Part shown: positions 50,964-60,832 of the stretch, in pieces
Layout: each line of letters starts with the position of its first letter
How positions within the stretch are numbered: the stretch's first letter is position 1
The notes under the pieces: generated by a model
What the model was told of the DNA's origin: nothing
Database searches by the model: none
Seen by the model: only the letters and a program-made list of their open reading frames with translations
From: Deltaproteobacteria bacterium
GTDB lineage: Bacteria; Desulfobacterota; GWC2-55-46; DRQE01
Assembly (NCBI GenBank): GCA_024278765.1
Contig: JAJRSM010000034.1
Coordinates: forward strand, 12,051 to 76,050
Reading direction: 5' to 3'
DNA length: 64,000 nucleotides
Made by a program: the position numbers and the translations under genes

Positions 50964-51413
50964 CTATTTGGTTCTGTCTGTGGCGTGGCTACGTTGCATG
51001 GCCCTGATAAGGGCCTCTTTTATGGAAGGGTCTTTTACGCCGTCGGCTATTCTGTCTATTTCACTGGTTTCATGGGCTGAAAGTTTGCGTAGAGTGGGCT
51101 TGTTTTCTGGTTTTTTTTCTTTTGGAGGATTGACCCTTCCGACCTTAAAGATTAGATCCTCTACAACACCGCGCCCGAGGCCTTCTGTGAGTTTCCTGAG
51201 TATATCAGCTTTATGAAAGCTGAGTTCATTCATCCACGCAGCCGAGGTAACGCTGACGTTAAGCTTTGTGCCAAAGAGTCTGGTGGGCTCGGTCTTTTGG
51301 GCAATCGCCGGGCCTACGGCCTCTTGCCAGAGTTTTTTTATCTTGTGCTCATTGGGCCAGACCTCGCTGGCGAGCTTGCCCCATGATTTGCCAAGTACTG
51401 CTGCGATATGCAT
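50964..51413 (-). CDS. DUF721 / DciA-like protein
   Basis: 'KLWQEAVGPAIAQKTEPTRLFGTKLNVSVTSAAWMNELSFHKADILRKL' matches the DUF721 core. Start taken at 'MHIAAVL' (the ORF track starts at 51461). Confidence 0.55.
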   Translation of the reverse strand: MHIAAVLGKSWGKLASEVWPNEHKIKKLWQEAVGPAIAQKTEPTRLFGTKLNVSVTSAAWMNELSFHKADILRKLTEGLGRGVVEDLIFKVGRVNPPKEKKPENKPTLRKLSAHETSEIDRIADGVKDPSIKEALIRAMQRSHATDRTK

Positions 51414-51531
51414 GGGAGAGCCACCCTTGAGAGGCTCTCTCTTTTTGAATTTTCTTTTCATCTTGTCTTCCGAAGCGGTTCTGCGGATAATATTGTTTTA
51501 TAATAAATGATCAGATGCTGAAAGTGGGGGC

Positions 51532-51789
51532 TTAGTTGTTTTGCCTTGCCATGTATAGGCGACCTCCGACTATCTGGCCTATTATTGCCCCTGCGATTAT
51601 GATCGGGATCGTCTTGAAGCCGAGTCCGGCGAATGTGCGTATGATGAAGATAGCTGGAATGGGCAGGTGTATATATAGAAACCATTTTGCCGAGAACTTG
51701 CACGCATTGCCTCTGAAATATCCAAAAGGAAGGTTTATGATAAGTGTTAATATTGTAACGGCGGCTAGTAGCAAAATTAGTTTATCCAC
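51532..51789 (-). CDS. Small two-helix membrane protein, unknown function
   Basis: 85 aa, two hydrophobic segments; AAGGAAG RBS 5 nt upstream of the ATG. Overlapping +strand ORF 51536..51928 judged spurious. Confidence 0.45.
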   Translation of the reverse strand: MDKLILLLAAVTILTLIINLPFGYFRGNACKFSAKWFLYIHLPIPAIFIIRTFAGLGFKTIPIIIAGAIIGQIVGGRLYMARQNN

Positions 51790-52166
51790 GTGGTCTTCCT
51801 TAGTGTATCTTTCCTTTCTTTATATCTATAATTTAACAGAACTAGGGGGTTTTTGTCAATTTATATCGTCTCTATCAGATGGTTTGACTGTCTTGACACC
51901 TATGAAAAGCCTGATATATTCTATGTAAGACAACGAAGCCTCTTCTTGATTAAGCATCCTGCGAAGCAATACTTGATTAACTCTACATTTATTTTAAAGA
52001 CACGGTTGCACCGAGCTTAGCTCAGATGTGATTACACAACTGCGTCTAGTTCTATGAAAGTACGTAAAATCTCGATTGCCATATGTACTATTATTTATTT
52101 TTATCAGGATATCACCTTTTATTCGAGGATACCTTCGCAGAGGATACCCTCGTAGAGGTTTGTTTG

Positions 52167-53870
52167 ATGTATAGAGATTTTTTGATCTTTGCGCCTGTAG
52201 TGGTAGTGGCAGTTATCTTCATATGCTTTGCCACATTTGTATACCTACGGGGGCGGCGCCAGCGAACCGACCTTAAGTCTTTGACCAAGGCAACCGAGCT
52301 TATGGGCGGTGGTGCTTATGACCTAGAGATTGACTGTGATCTTGACGGCGATCTTGGTCTGCTTGCCGCGGCTTTGCACGAAGCCTCAGGTGCGATAAAG
52401 GAAAGAACTCAAAGTTGCGAGTATTTAAGTGAAGTGGTCGATGAGATGGACGCGAGCCTTATAGTAGTCGATCAGGAAGGTGATATAAAGATTGTTAATA
52501 AGGCTACTACCTCATTGCTTGGGTATAGTCGTGATGAACTTGTTGGTCAGCCCTTTATGGTGATTACAGGCAAGCGCGTAAAGGGAGAGATTGAGAGCAG
52601 TGAGGACATCAGGTATCTGAGAAAAGACGGTCGTAGTATTCCCGTTCATTTTTCGAGCTCCGAGTTGGCTGTTGCCGATGGAGAGCCCTCAGGGATGGTC
52701 TGTGTTGCAAGAGATATTAGTGAGCACGCAGCCGTGCAGGAGGCCCTAAAGTCGAGTGAAGGTAAGCTTAATGCTATTTTGCAGGCAATCGGCGATTTAA
52801 TTATTATGGTGGATAAAGATATGTCGATTATCTGGGCGAATGAGGCCGTAACCTCGGCCTTTGGTTTTGATATTGTTGGGAAAAACTGTCATGAAACATT
52901 ATTTAACCAGAGGCAGCCATGCGTGAGTGGTGCTTGTCCGGTAGTGGATGCATTTGAAGACCAACTCTCTCATACCGATGAAATAGATGTTGAGGTCTTT
53001 GGAGAAGCTAGGAGCTTTGAGTGTACCGCGAATGTCGCTACCAGAGACGAAAATGGAGCTCCTGTCGCAGTTATAGAGGTCTGTAAGGATATAACCGAGT
53101 ACAGGCGCACCGAGCAGGCACTTATTCAGAACGCCAAGCTTGCCTCTCTCGGTGAATTGGGTGCGGGCATTGCCCATGAACTGAACAGCCCGCTTGCCGG
53201 CATTTTATCGCTCGCCGAGCTTATGCTTGCGCGCATGGAGAGTACAAACGCTAACTACGTCTTTGTCGAGAAGATAAAGGACGCGACCATACGAAGCAAG
53301 CATATAATTATGGACCTTATGTCTTATTCAAGGCCTGACGCAGAGCATATGCGACTGGTCTCTGTCAATGAGGCCTTGAACTCTGTCCTTTCCCTCTTTA
53401 TATCTGAACTTAAGACCTTTCAGGTGAAGATCGAAGAAGACCTTGCACCGGACCTTCCCGATATTATGGGCAATAAAGGGCAGCTTATGGAGGTCTTTTT
53501 AAATATTATTAAAAACTCAAAGGATGCACTTGTGGGTGCGGGGAATATAAATATAAAGACCTCTAAACTTAAAATAGATGGTGAGGAGTTTGTGGAGGTA
53601 GATATATCTGATAATGGCCCGGGTATTGCTGAAGACTCGATAACGAGAATTTTTGACCCTTTTTATACTACTAAGGAAAAGGGTGGGGGGATGAATATAG
53701 GGCTCGGGCTTTCAATATCAAAGGGTATAATAGAGGCACATGATGCCATGATTAAGGTCGAGAGCACTGTTGGGGTGGGTACGCATTTCAGGATGTTGTT
53801 TCCTGTTGCGGAGCATCCGGCGCAGGCCGATCTTGAGGGGGAGGTAGAGAATGCAGAGTCATGCGGGTGA
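52167..53870 (+). CDS. Membrane-anchored PAS-domain sensor histidine kinase
   Basis: Start chosen at 'MYRDFLIF' (GAGG RBS); N-terminal TM, two PAS-like segments, HisKA 'GIAHELNSPL', HATPase_c 'DNGPGI...GLGLSI'. Confidence 0.8.
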   Translation: MYRDFLIFAPVVVVAVIFICFATFVYLRGRRQRTDLKSLTKATELMGGGAYDLEIDCDLDGDLGLLAAALHEASGAIKERTQSCEYLSEVVDEMDASLIVVDQEGDIKIVNKATTSLLGYSRDELVGQPFMVITGKRVKGEIESSEDIRYLRKDGRSIPVHFSSSELAVADGEPSGMVCVARDISEHAAVQEALKSSEGKLNAILQAIGDLIIMVDKDMSIIWANEAVTSAFGFDIVGKNCHETLFNQRQPCVSGACPVVDAFEDQLSHTDEIDVEVFGEARSFECTANVATRDENGAPVAVIEVCKDITEYRRTEQALIQNAKLASLGELGAGIAHELNSPLAGILSLAELMLARMESTNANYVFVEKIKDATIRSKHIIMDLMSYSRPDAEHMRLVSVNEALNSVLSLFISELKTFQVKIEEDLAPDLPDIMGNKGQLMEVFLNIIKNSKDALVGAGNINIKTSKLKIDGEEFVEVDISDNGPGIAEDSITRIFDPFYTTKEKGGGMNIGLGLSISKGIIEAHDAMIKVESTVGVGTHFRMLFPVAEHPAQADLEGEVENAESCG

Positions 53871-54282
53871 GGCAGTAAATACAGGGTCGAATAAACGTCT
53901 AAGTGCGGTGATGCCGGAGAACAGGGCTATTCTGGTCGTAGATGACGAGGAGACGGTTGGGCTTGGGATGAGCGAGATGCTAAAGTTATCGGGCTTTAAA
54001 TCATCTTTTGTCACCGATGGTGCCGCAGCGATAGAAGAGGTGCGAAATAGCCATTATTCGCTGGTATTTATGGATATTATCATGCCGGGTTTAAATGGGC
54101 TTGATGCATATCGGCTAATAAGAGAGATTGAGCCGAAGATAAAGGTAGTGCTATTTACCGGTTTTTATAGAGATGCAGATACCGTTATTATGGAAGGGGT
54201 CAGGGAGGGGATGATAGATGAATTTATAAGAAAGCCTTTCTTTGCCAGCGAAATTATAGATATAGCAAAAAAATATACATAG
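53851..54282 (+). CDS. Single-domain response regulator (CheY-like receiver)
   Basis: 143 aa; 'ILVVDDEE' ... 'VFMDIIMPGLNG' (phospho-acceptor Asp) ... 'KVVLFTG'. GGAGG RBS; overlaps the HK 3' end. Confidence 0.8.
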   Translation: MQSHAGEAVNTGSNKRLSAVMPENRAILVVDDEETVGLGMSEMLKLSGFKSSFVTDGAAAIEEVRNSHYSLVFMDIIMPGLNGLDAYRLIREIEPKIKVVLFTGFYRDADTVIMEGVREGMIDEFIRKPFFASEIIDIAKKYT

Positions 54283-54317
54283 TCAGATCTTCTTTGAGGT
54301 TTGATAGAGGGTTGTTT

Positions 54318-54803
54318 ATGGATATGATAGATATTGATTCCTTTGTAGAGAGTCTGGGGGGGAGCTGTGCCTTTGTCGATGACAGAGGTGTGTTGCTGGT
54401 TGCTACACCTTATTTTGAGAAGGTCTTTGGTGATAGTAAGTTTTTGGAAACCTCTTTGGAACTCTTTGAAATGGACGTGGATGGGGTGAGAAATTTACAT
54501 ATGGAAATTCTCTCGGAAATGCGTGTCGGACTAAAGGATTTCGCTGATATGACGATAAGATGGAGAGGGCAGTCTTATCTCTTGCAGTTTGTTGCATCGC
54601 GTCGTGGAGGTGTTTTTTTTGGTGCTTTGGTCAATGTCACTAATATTAGTGATAGAATAAGAGATGATGAGTGCAGTCGTAGAGAGTTGAGCGATCTGAC
54701 GCTGTTGCAAAAGATCGCTTTTGGAAGAGAAAAAAAGATGGATGAGCTAAGACAGAAGATCGAGGACTTAGCCAGGCAACTCGAGACGCGCGGAGTCGCT
54801 TGA
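54318..54803 (+). CDS. Hypothetical PAS-like protein with C-terminal coiled coil
   Basis: ATG 54318 after a GAGG RBS (the ORF track starts at TTG 54294). 'GALVNVTNISDR' resembles the end of a PAS fold. Confidence 0.4.
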   Translation: MDMIDIDSFVESLGGSCAFVDDRGVLLVATPYFEKVFGDSKFLETSLELFEMDVDGVRNLHMEILSEMRVGLKDFADMTIRWRGQSYLLQFVASRRGGVFFGALVNVTNISDRIRDDECSRRELSDLTLLQKIAFGREKKMDELRQKIEDLARQLETRGVA

Positions 54804-54938
54804 GCGGCCCGTGCCATTGTCGCCGTTGGTTTAATAAGCTCGTCTCACTGGTTATAACCCTGACCTGGCAATACCACTTTCACACCGATAAAAGCATGTT
54901 ATTTTCATCATCTCAGCAAAGAGTGAGTATAAAGGATT

Positions 54939-56642
54939 ATGGCGGAAAGAATAGGTGAGCTCCTACTTAAAGAGAAGCTTATAAACCACGAACAGCTTCA
55001 ACAGGCAGTTGATGAACAGAAAAAAGGTGGTGGCCGGCTTGGCTTTAATCTTACAAAGCTTGGCCATATAAGCGAAAAAGACCTTACGATTTTTCTCAGC
55101 AAACAGTACGGAATACCTACCGTTGAAATTGTTGAGGGAGAGTTGGATAGTGAGGTCGTCTGTTTAATCCCCGAAGATGTTGCACGCAAATACCAAGTTT
55201 TACCGGTCAGTCGTAACGGTGCCACCCTGGTCGTCGCTATGGCGGATCCTTCCAATATTTTTGCAATCGATGATATAAAATTCCTTACAGGTTATAACGT
55301 TGAGACCGTAGTTGCCTCTGAGGTCGCTATAAAGAGCGCTATTGAGAGCAGTTATCAGAGTAGCGAGATGGACCTAGCGATGGAGGACGTCCTCACCGAG
55401 TTTGACGAGGATGATATGGAGGTCATCCAGGAAGAAGACGAGGTCGATCTAGGCGACCTTAAAAAGGCCGTTGAAGACGCGCCTGTCGTTAAACTCGTTA
55501 ACTTTATCCTTACCGATGCTATTGTTAAGCAGGCCAGTGATATCCATGTCGAGCCGTATGAGAAGTCCTTCAGGGTGCGCTACAGGGTAGACGGTGTGCT
55601 TCATGAGGTTATGAGACCTCCGATGAAGCTTAAAAACGCCATAGTCTCAAGGATCAAGATCATGAGCCAGCTTGATATCGCCGAGCGTAGATTGCCCCAG
55701 GATGGCAGGATAAAGCTCAAGCTCGGGCGTAACCGCGAGATGGACTTCAGGGTCTCGGTCCTTCCAACGCTCTTTGGTGAGAAGGTCGTTATGAGGCTTC
55801 TAGATAAGAGTAACCTTCAGCTTGATATGACCAAGCTCGGCTTTGAGCGGGCAGCGTTGGATAACTTCCTTGATGCGATACATAAACCTTGGGGTATAGT
55901 GCTGGTAACCGGGCCGACAGGAAGTGGTAAGACAACTACCCTTTACTCAGCACTTTCAGACCTTAACAAAGAATCAGAGAATATATCTACAGCAGAGGAT
56001 CCGGTCGAGTTTAACCTGATGGGTATTAATCAGGTTCAGATGCATGAGGATATTGGTCTTAACTTCGCAGCGGCTCTTAGAAGTTTCCTTCGTCAAGATC
56101 CGGATATAATCATGGTTGGTGAGATAAGGGACTATGAGACGGCTGAGATCGCCATCAAGGCCGCACTCACCGGCCATCTGGTCTTATCTACCTTGCATAC
56201 AAATGACGCCCCTAGTACCGTCAACAGGCTCTTGAATATGGGAGTAGAACCTTTTCTTGTCTCTTCGGCCTGTAACCTGATACTAGCGCAGAGGCTGGCG
56301 CGCAAGATCTGTGAGAAATGCAAGGAAGAGACGACAATCTCGGAGCAGGCCTTATTGGATCTGGATATTACCGCAGAGCAGGCAAAGAAGATGAAGTTTT
56401 TTAAGGGCAAGGGATGTACTGATTGCAATGGTACGGGCTATAAGGGCAGGATAGCGCTTTATGAGGTCATGCCATTTACAGAGACCCTTAAAGAGCTGGT
56501 CTTAAACGGCGCATCTTCATCTGAGCTTAAGAAGCAGGCGATAGTCGAGGGCATGCAGTCGTTGCGTATGAGTGGACTTAGCAAGGTAGAAGAAGGGGTA
56601 ACAACGCTTGAAGAAATATTAAAGGCTACTATGGCCGATTGA
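54939..56642 (+). CDS. pilB: Type IV pilus assembly ATPase PilB (GspE family)
   Basis: 567 aa; T2SSE_N domain ('LINHEQLQQAVDEQKK'), Walker A 'GPTGSGKTTT', C-terminal tetracysteine 'CEKC...CTDCNGTG'. Confidence 0.9.
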   Translation: MAERIGELLLKEKLINHEQLQQAVDEQKKGGGRLGFNLTKLGHISEKDLTIFLSKQYGIPTVEIVEGELDSEVVCLIPEDVARKYQVLPVSRNGATLVVAMADPSNIFAIDDIKFLTGYNVETVVASEVAIKSAIESSYQSSEMDLAMEDVLTEFDEDDMEVIQEEDEVDLGDLKKAVEDAPVVKLVNFILTDAIVKQASDIHVEPYEKSFRVRYRVDGVLHEVMRPPMKLKNAIVSRIKIMSQLDIAERRLPQDGRIKLKLGRNREMDFRVSVLPTLFGEKVVMRLLDKSNLQLDMTKLGFERAALDNFLDAIHKPWGIVLVTGPTGSGKTTTLYSALSDLNKESENISTAEDPVEFNLMGINQVQMHEDIGLNFAAALRSFLRQDPDIIMVGEIRDYETAEIAIKAALTGHLVLSTLHTNDAPSTVNRLLNMGVEPFLVSSACNLILAQRLARKICEKCKEETTISEQALLDLDITAEQAKKMKFFKGKGCTDCNGTGYKGRIALYEVMPFTETLKELVLNGASSSELKKQAIVEGMQSLRMSGLSKVEEGVTTLEEILKATMAD

Positions 56643-56724
56643 CTTAAGGTTTGGGTCTTTTTCCTCGATAATAAATAGTATAGGCTACAGTATATACCGG
56701 TATATGAACGGTAAGGAGTGAGTC

Positions 56725-57840
56725 ATGTCAGAAGGCGTAAAAATGCCGGAACTCCAAGTGTTACTTAAGAAACTTGTAGAACTTAATGGTTCGGATCTGC
56801 ATATATCCGCTGCTTCTCCGCCAAGGATTCGAGTGCACGGTAAGCTTACCCCCCTTGATCTGCCTACTCTAACCGGTGTGCAGACCAAGCACATGTGTTA
56901 CTCCATCTTAACAGACGCACAGAAGCATAAGTTTGAGGATAACAACGAGCTTGATCTATCATTCGGAATGAAGGGGCTTGCGCGGTTCAGGGCGAATATC
57001 TTTGTACAGAGAGGGACGATTGCCGGAGTTTTTCGTTCTATTCCTATAGAGATTTTGACTGTGAAGGATCTTGGTTTACCGCCGGTTGTAGATGAGCTTA
57101 CCAATAGACCGCGAGGGCTTGTTCTGGTCACCGGCCCTACAGGAAGCGGTAAGTCCACGACCATCGCTGCGATGATAGATAAGATCAATACCGAGCGTGA
57201 CGAACATATCGTTACTATTGAAGACCCGATAGAGTACTTGCACCGGTCAAAGAGAGCACTGGTTAATCAGCGTGAGGTCGGTGCCGATACCTTTAGCTTT
57301 AGAAAGGCGATAAAGTCGGTCCTGCGCCAGGACCCGGATGTTGTGCTTGTCGGTGAACTTCGTGATCTCGAGACTATCGAGACCGCTCTTACGATTGCCG
57401 AGACAGGTCATCTCTGTTTTGCGACCCTGCATACAAACTCATGCGTCCAGTCAATCAACAGGATTATAGATGTCTTTCCCGCTGCTCAGCAGCCGCAGGC
57501 TCGTGCTCAGCTTTCTTTTGTGCTGGAAGGTGTTATGAGCCAGCTTTTGCTTACTAAGGCCGATGGCACGGGACGTGTACTGGCTCTGGAGATTATGACT
57601 CCTAACTCGGCTATAAGAAATCTTATCCGCGAGGATAAGATTCACCAAATCTATTCGCAGATGCAGGTAGGACAAGCCAAGTTCGGTATGCAGACGATGA
57701 ATCAGAGCCTGATAACCTTGCAGGCGCGTCGCCTGATTTCTGTGGACGATGCGCTCAACAGGAGCCCAGACCAGGATGAGTTGCGTCAGATGATGATAAA
57801 CGCAGGTGTGATGCGTAGTGCATCGGGGTCAAAGAAGTAA
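56725..57840 (+). CDS. pilT: Type IV pilus retraction ATPase PilT
   Basis: 371 aa; 'GLVLVTGPTGSGKSTT' and the 'AIRNLIRE' PilT motif. AAGGAG RBS. Confidence 0.9.
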   Translation: MSEGVKMPELQVLLKKLVELNGSDLHISAASPPRIRVHGKLTPLDLPTLTGVQTKHMCYSILTDAQKHKFEDNNELDLSFGMKGLARFRANIFVQRGTIAGVFRSIPIEILTVKDLGLPPVVDELTNRPRGLVLVTGPTGSGKSTTIAAMIDKINTERDEHIVTIEDPIEYLHRSKRALVNQREVGADTFSFRKAIKSVLRQDPDVVLVGELRDLETIETALTIAETGHLCFATLHTNSCVQSINRIIDVFPAAQQPQARAQLSFVLEGVMSQLLLTKADGTGRVLALEIMTPNSAIRNLIREDKIHQIYSQMQVGQAKFGMQTMNQSLITLQARRLISVDDALNRSPDQDELRQMMINAGVMRSASGSKK

Positions 57841-57859
57841 GTATAAGAGGTTATTATTT

Positions 57860-59083
57860 ATGCCTAAATTTGCATATTCAGGGAAAACACTCTCAGGTCA
57901 GGCGGCAAAGGGTGTTATAGAGGCTGCCAATCTGGCGCAGGCCAACTCAATGCTCAGGCGTAAGCAGGTTGTGCCGAACTCGTTATACCCTAAGAAGAGT
58001 GGGTTTGCCGCTTTAAATGAAATACAGATCCCTGGAATGGCGCAGAAGATCAAGGTAAAGGAGATAGTCGTCTTTACCCGTCAGTTCGCGACGATGATAG
58101 ATGCGGGTCTGCCTCTTGTTCAGTGTTTGGATATTCTGGCAAATCAACAGGATAATAAAGAGTTTCAGAAGGTGCTCATTGACGTTAAGTCGAGCGTAGA
58201 GGAAGGCTCTACCTTTGCCGATGCCTTAAAGAAACACCCGAAGGTCTTTGATGATCTCTTTGTCAATCTTGTTGCCGCAGGCGAGATCGGTGGTATCCTC
58301 GATACAATCCTAAACAGGTTGTCGGGCTTTATGGAGAAGGCCGAGAAGTTAAAGGGTAAGATAAAGGGTGCTCTAACCTACCCGAGTGCAGTTATAGTTA
58401 TAGCACTGATAGTCGTAACGGGACTTCTCTTATGGGTTGTGCCTGTCTTTGATGATATGTTCAAGGGCTTTGGCAGTGCTCTTCCCGCACCGACTCAGGT
58501 CGTTGTGGCTATGAGCAACGCGCTTCAAAATTACTGGTATATAATCTTTGGCACACTTGCGGCAGTTATAGTTGCTCTTAAGCAGAGTTACAAAACGCGT
58601 AGGGGCAAGCGGATTATGGACGGGGTATTTCTAAAGATGCCTGTCTTTGGTGATCTACTAAGAAAGACAGCCGTTGCGCGTTTTACGCGGACCCTTGGAA
58701 CGATGCTGGCAAGCGGAGTGCCCATACTCGAGGCACTTGAGATAGTGGCCAAAACTGCTGGTAATGTAGTGATTGAGGAAGCTATTATGGATGCAAGGTC
58801 AAGTCTTAGCGAAGGAAAGACGCTGGCCGAACCACTTGCCGCTACCAAAGTATTCCCCAGCATGGTAACTCAGATGATAACAGTTGGTGAGAGTACGGGT
58901 TCAATGGATACGATGCTTAATAAGATCGCTGATTTTTATGAGGATGAAGTCGATGCCTCGGTCGATACATTAACCTCTCTTATAGAGCCGCTTTTGATGG
59001 CCTTCTTGGGTGTTGTCGTCGGTGGTCTTGTTATTGCTCTCTATCTTCCAATCTTCTCTCTTGCCGGTGCTGCGGGCGGCTAA
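57860..59083 (+). CDS. pilC: Type IV pilus inner-membrane platform protein PilC (GspF family)
   Basis: Start 'MPKFAYSGK' (the ORF track starts at 57818); duplicated T2SSF domains. Confidence 0.85.
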   Translation: MPKFAYSGKTLSGQAAKGVIEAANLAQANSMLRRKQVVPNSLYPKKSGFAALNEIQIPGMAQKIKVKEIVVFTRQFATMIDAGLPLVQCLDILANQQDNKEFQKVLIDVKSSVEEGSTFADALKKHPKVFDDLFVNLVAAGEIGGILDTILNRLSGFMEKAEKLKGKIKGALTYPSAVIVIALIVVTGLLLWVVPVFDDMFKGFGSALPAPTQVVVAMSNALQNYWYIIFGTLAAVIVALKQSYKTRRGKRIMDGVFLKMPVFGDLLRKTAVARFTRTLGTMLASGVPILEALEIVAKTAGNVVIEEAIMDARSSLSEGKTLAEPLAATKVFPSMVTQMITVGESTGSMDTMLNKIADFYEDEVDASVDTLTSLIEPLLMAFLGVVVGGLVIALYLPIFSLAGAAGG

Positions 59084-59088
59084 CTGAT

Positions 59089-60789
59089 ATGGACCGTTCA
59101 GCGTTAAAGGCTATAAAAGACAAACTACTAGGTCTCATGATCTTGCGAGTAGTCTTCGCTCTTATCTTTCTGGGCGTTGGAAGTTGGTTTCAGCTAAAGG
59201 ACTATTACATCATCGGTCCTATGCATTACCCCATACATGTTCTTGTGGTGGTTGTCGGCGTGCTTACTGTGATCTACGGTCTTATGCTCAGGCGAGTTCG
59301 CAGAGTTTTGTTTTTTGCCTATTTTCAGGTATCAGTTGATGTACTTCTTATAACTATAGCTATATTTATTACCGGCGGTAGTGATAGTTATTTCTCCATA
59401 CTTTACTTTATAGGTGTAATCGGTTCTTCGATGATTCTTGGTGGTCGTGGGGGTTTTTTTACGGCTTTTTTATCATCGGTTCTTTTTGCTTTTATGATGA
59501 GTATGGATTTATACCGGGTCCTGCCACAGCAATTTAAAGTCTTTTATTATAGTACTGAGGTGCCTGACTGGAGCTTTGTTATGACGACGATAGCTACTCA
59601 TGCGATAGGGCTCTTTACCGTTGCCTACCTTACAGGTCGGTATGTTGAGAAGGCTGTCCGTATGGAGAAGCGTCTTGAGGAACGTGAGGTGGATCTAGGG
59701 CGTTTGGAGACCCTCAATAAGACGGTTGTCGAGAATATTCCGGCAGGTATTATGACTATTGATATAGAAGGGCGTATTACGTCTTTTAATAGGGCGGCTA
59801 CTGTTATAACAGGGTACGAGCTTCGTGAGGTATATTTGCAGAGCGTTTATGAGGTTTTCCCGCCGCTTTTAACGGCACGTCCGTGGCCTGTCGCAGAGGT
59901 GGCAAGGCCAGAGAAGGTAGTAAAGACAAAGGACGGCAGGGATATATGCCTTGGCTTTACAGTTTCATTCGGCACCGAAGGTGAGGTGACTAATATTATA
60001 ATCTTTCAGGACCTGACCGAGTTGAAATCCATGGAGGAACAGCTGCGGCGTGACGATAGGCTTAAAGCTCTGGGCGAGCTATCGGCTTCAATTGCTCATG
60101 AGGTGCGCAATCCGCTGGCAGCCATCTCCGGTTCTATTCAGATGTTAAGTCAAGATATGGACTTCAGTGGTGATAAAAAGCAGCTAATGGGTATAGTGCT
60201 TAAGGAGACTGATCGACTAAATAGACTTATAACTGATTTTCTTCTCTTTGCAAAGCCCGCTTCTACAAGTAAAAAGGCATTTATTGACATAGCTGATGTT
60301 ATAAGTGAAACTGTCGAGGTCTTCTCCAATAGTCCTCAGGCAAAAGGAATTAAAATAGAAGCAGAGCTGCGAAAGGGTTTTTTTGTAGAAGCAGATGTTC
60401 ATCAACTGTCTCAGGTTTTTTGGAATCTGTTCATTAATGCTGCTATCGCAATGGACGGAGTAGGGGCACTCACTATATCTGCGAGTCAAGCAACTGGTAA
60501 TGTGCGTGGCAAATCAAAGCCCGGTGCTGTAGGCGGCGATGAGATCGTAGAAATAACTGTGGTTGATACAGGTGTTGGTATTGCTAAGGCTGCACTTGGT
60601 AAGATCTTTGATCCTTTCTACTCAACCAGAGACGGTGGTACAGGTATGGGGCTCGCTCTGGTCCACAGGATGATAGAGGAGCATGGTGGTACTATTGATG
60701 TAATAAGCAGCGTCGGAGAAGGAACGAGTTTTATTATTTCAATGCCGAGGGTTAATCTTCAGGTAGCAGAGCGTGAGACAGCTTCGTAG
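59089..60789 (+). CDS. pilS: Sensor histidine kinase PilS (polytopic membrane N-terminus, PAS, HisKA, HATPase)
   Basis: 566 aa; about six TM helices, then PAS, 'SIAHEVRNPLAAI' H-box, 'DTGVGI...GMGLAL'. Confidence 0.8.
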   Translation: MDRSALKAIKDKLLGLMILRVVFALIFLGVGSWFQLKDYYIIGPMHYPIHVLVVVVGVLTVIYGLMLRRVRRVLFFAYFQVSVDVLLITIAIFITGGSDSYFSILYFIGVIGSSMILGGRGGFFTAFLSSVLFAFMMSMDLYRVLPQQFKVFYYSTEVPDWSFVMTTIATHAIGLFTVAYLTGRYVEKAVRMEKRLEEREVDLGRLETLNKTVVENIPAGIMTIDIEGRITSFNRAATVITGYELREVYLQSVYEVFPPLLTARPWPVAEVARPEKVVKTKDGRDICLGFTVSFGTEGEVTNIIIFQDLTELKSMEEQLRRDDRLKALGELSASIAHEVRNPLAAISGSIQMLSQDMDFSGDKKQLMGIVLKETDRLNRLITDFLLFAKPASTSKKAFIDIADVISETVEVFSNSPQAKGIKIEAELRKGFFVEADVHQLSQVFWNLFINAAIAMDGVGALTISASQATGNVRGKSKPGAVGGDEIVEITVVDTGVGIAKAALGKIFDPFYSTRDGGTGMGLALVHRMIEEHGGTIDVISSVGEGTSFIISMPRVNLQVAERETAS

Positions 60790-60832
60790 GTAAAAGATGT
60801 CTTTAATAAGAATTTTTTCATAAAGAGGTTAT

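Noticed and set aside
51536-51928. Plus-strand ORF 51536..51928 (130 aa)
   Set aside because: It overlaps the better-supported minus-strand membrane-protein gene, which has a clear RBS. The plus-strand ORF has no RBS or recognisable domain.
52083-52166. N-terminal 28 aa (MYYYLFLSGYHLLF...) of the histidine-kinase ORF
   Set aside because: There is no RBS. The downstream ATG (52167) has a GAGG at 7-nt spacing and begins the predicted TM helix.
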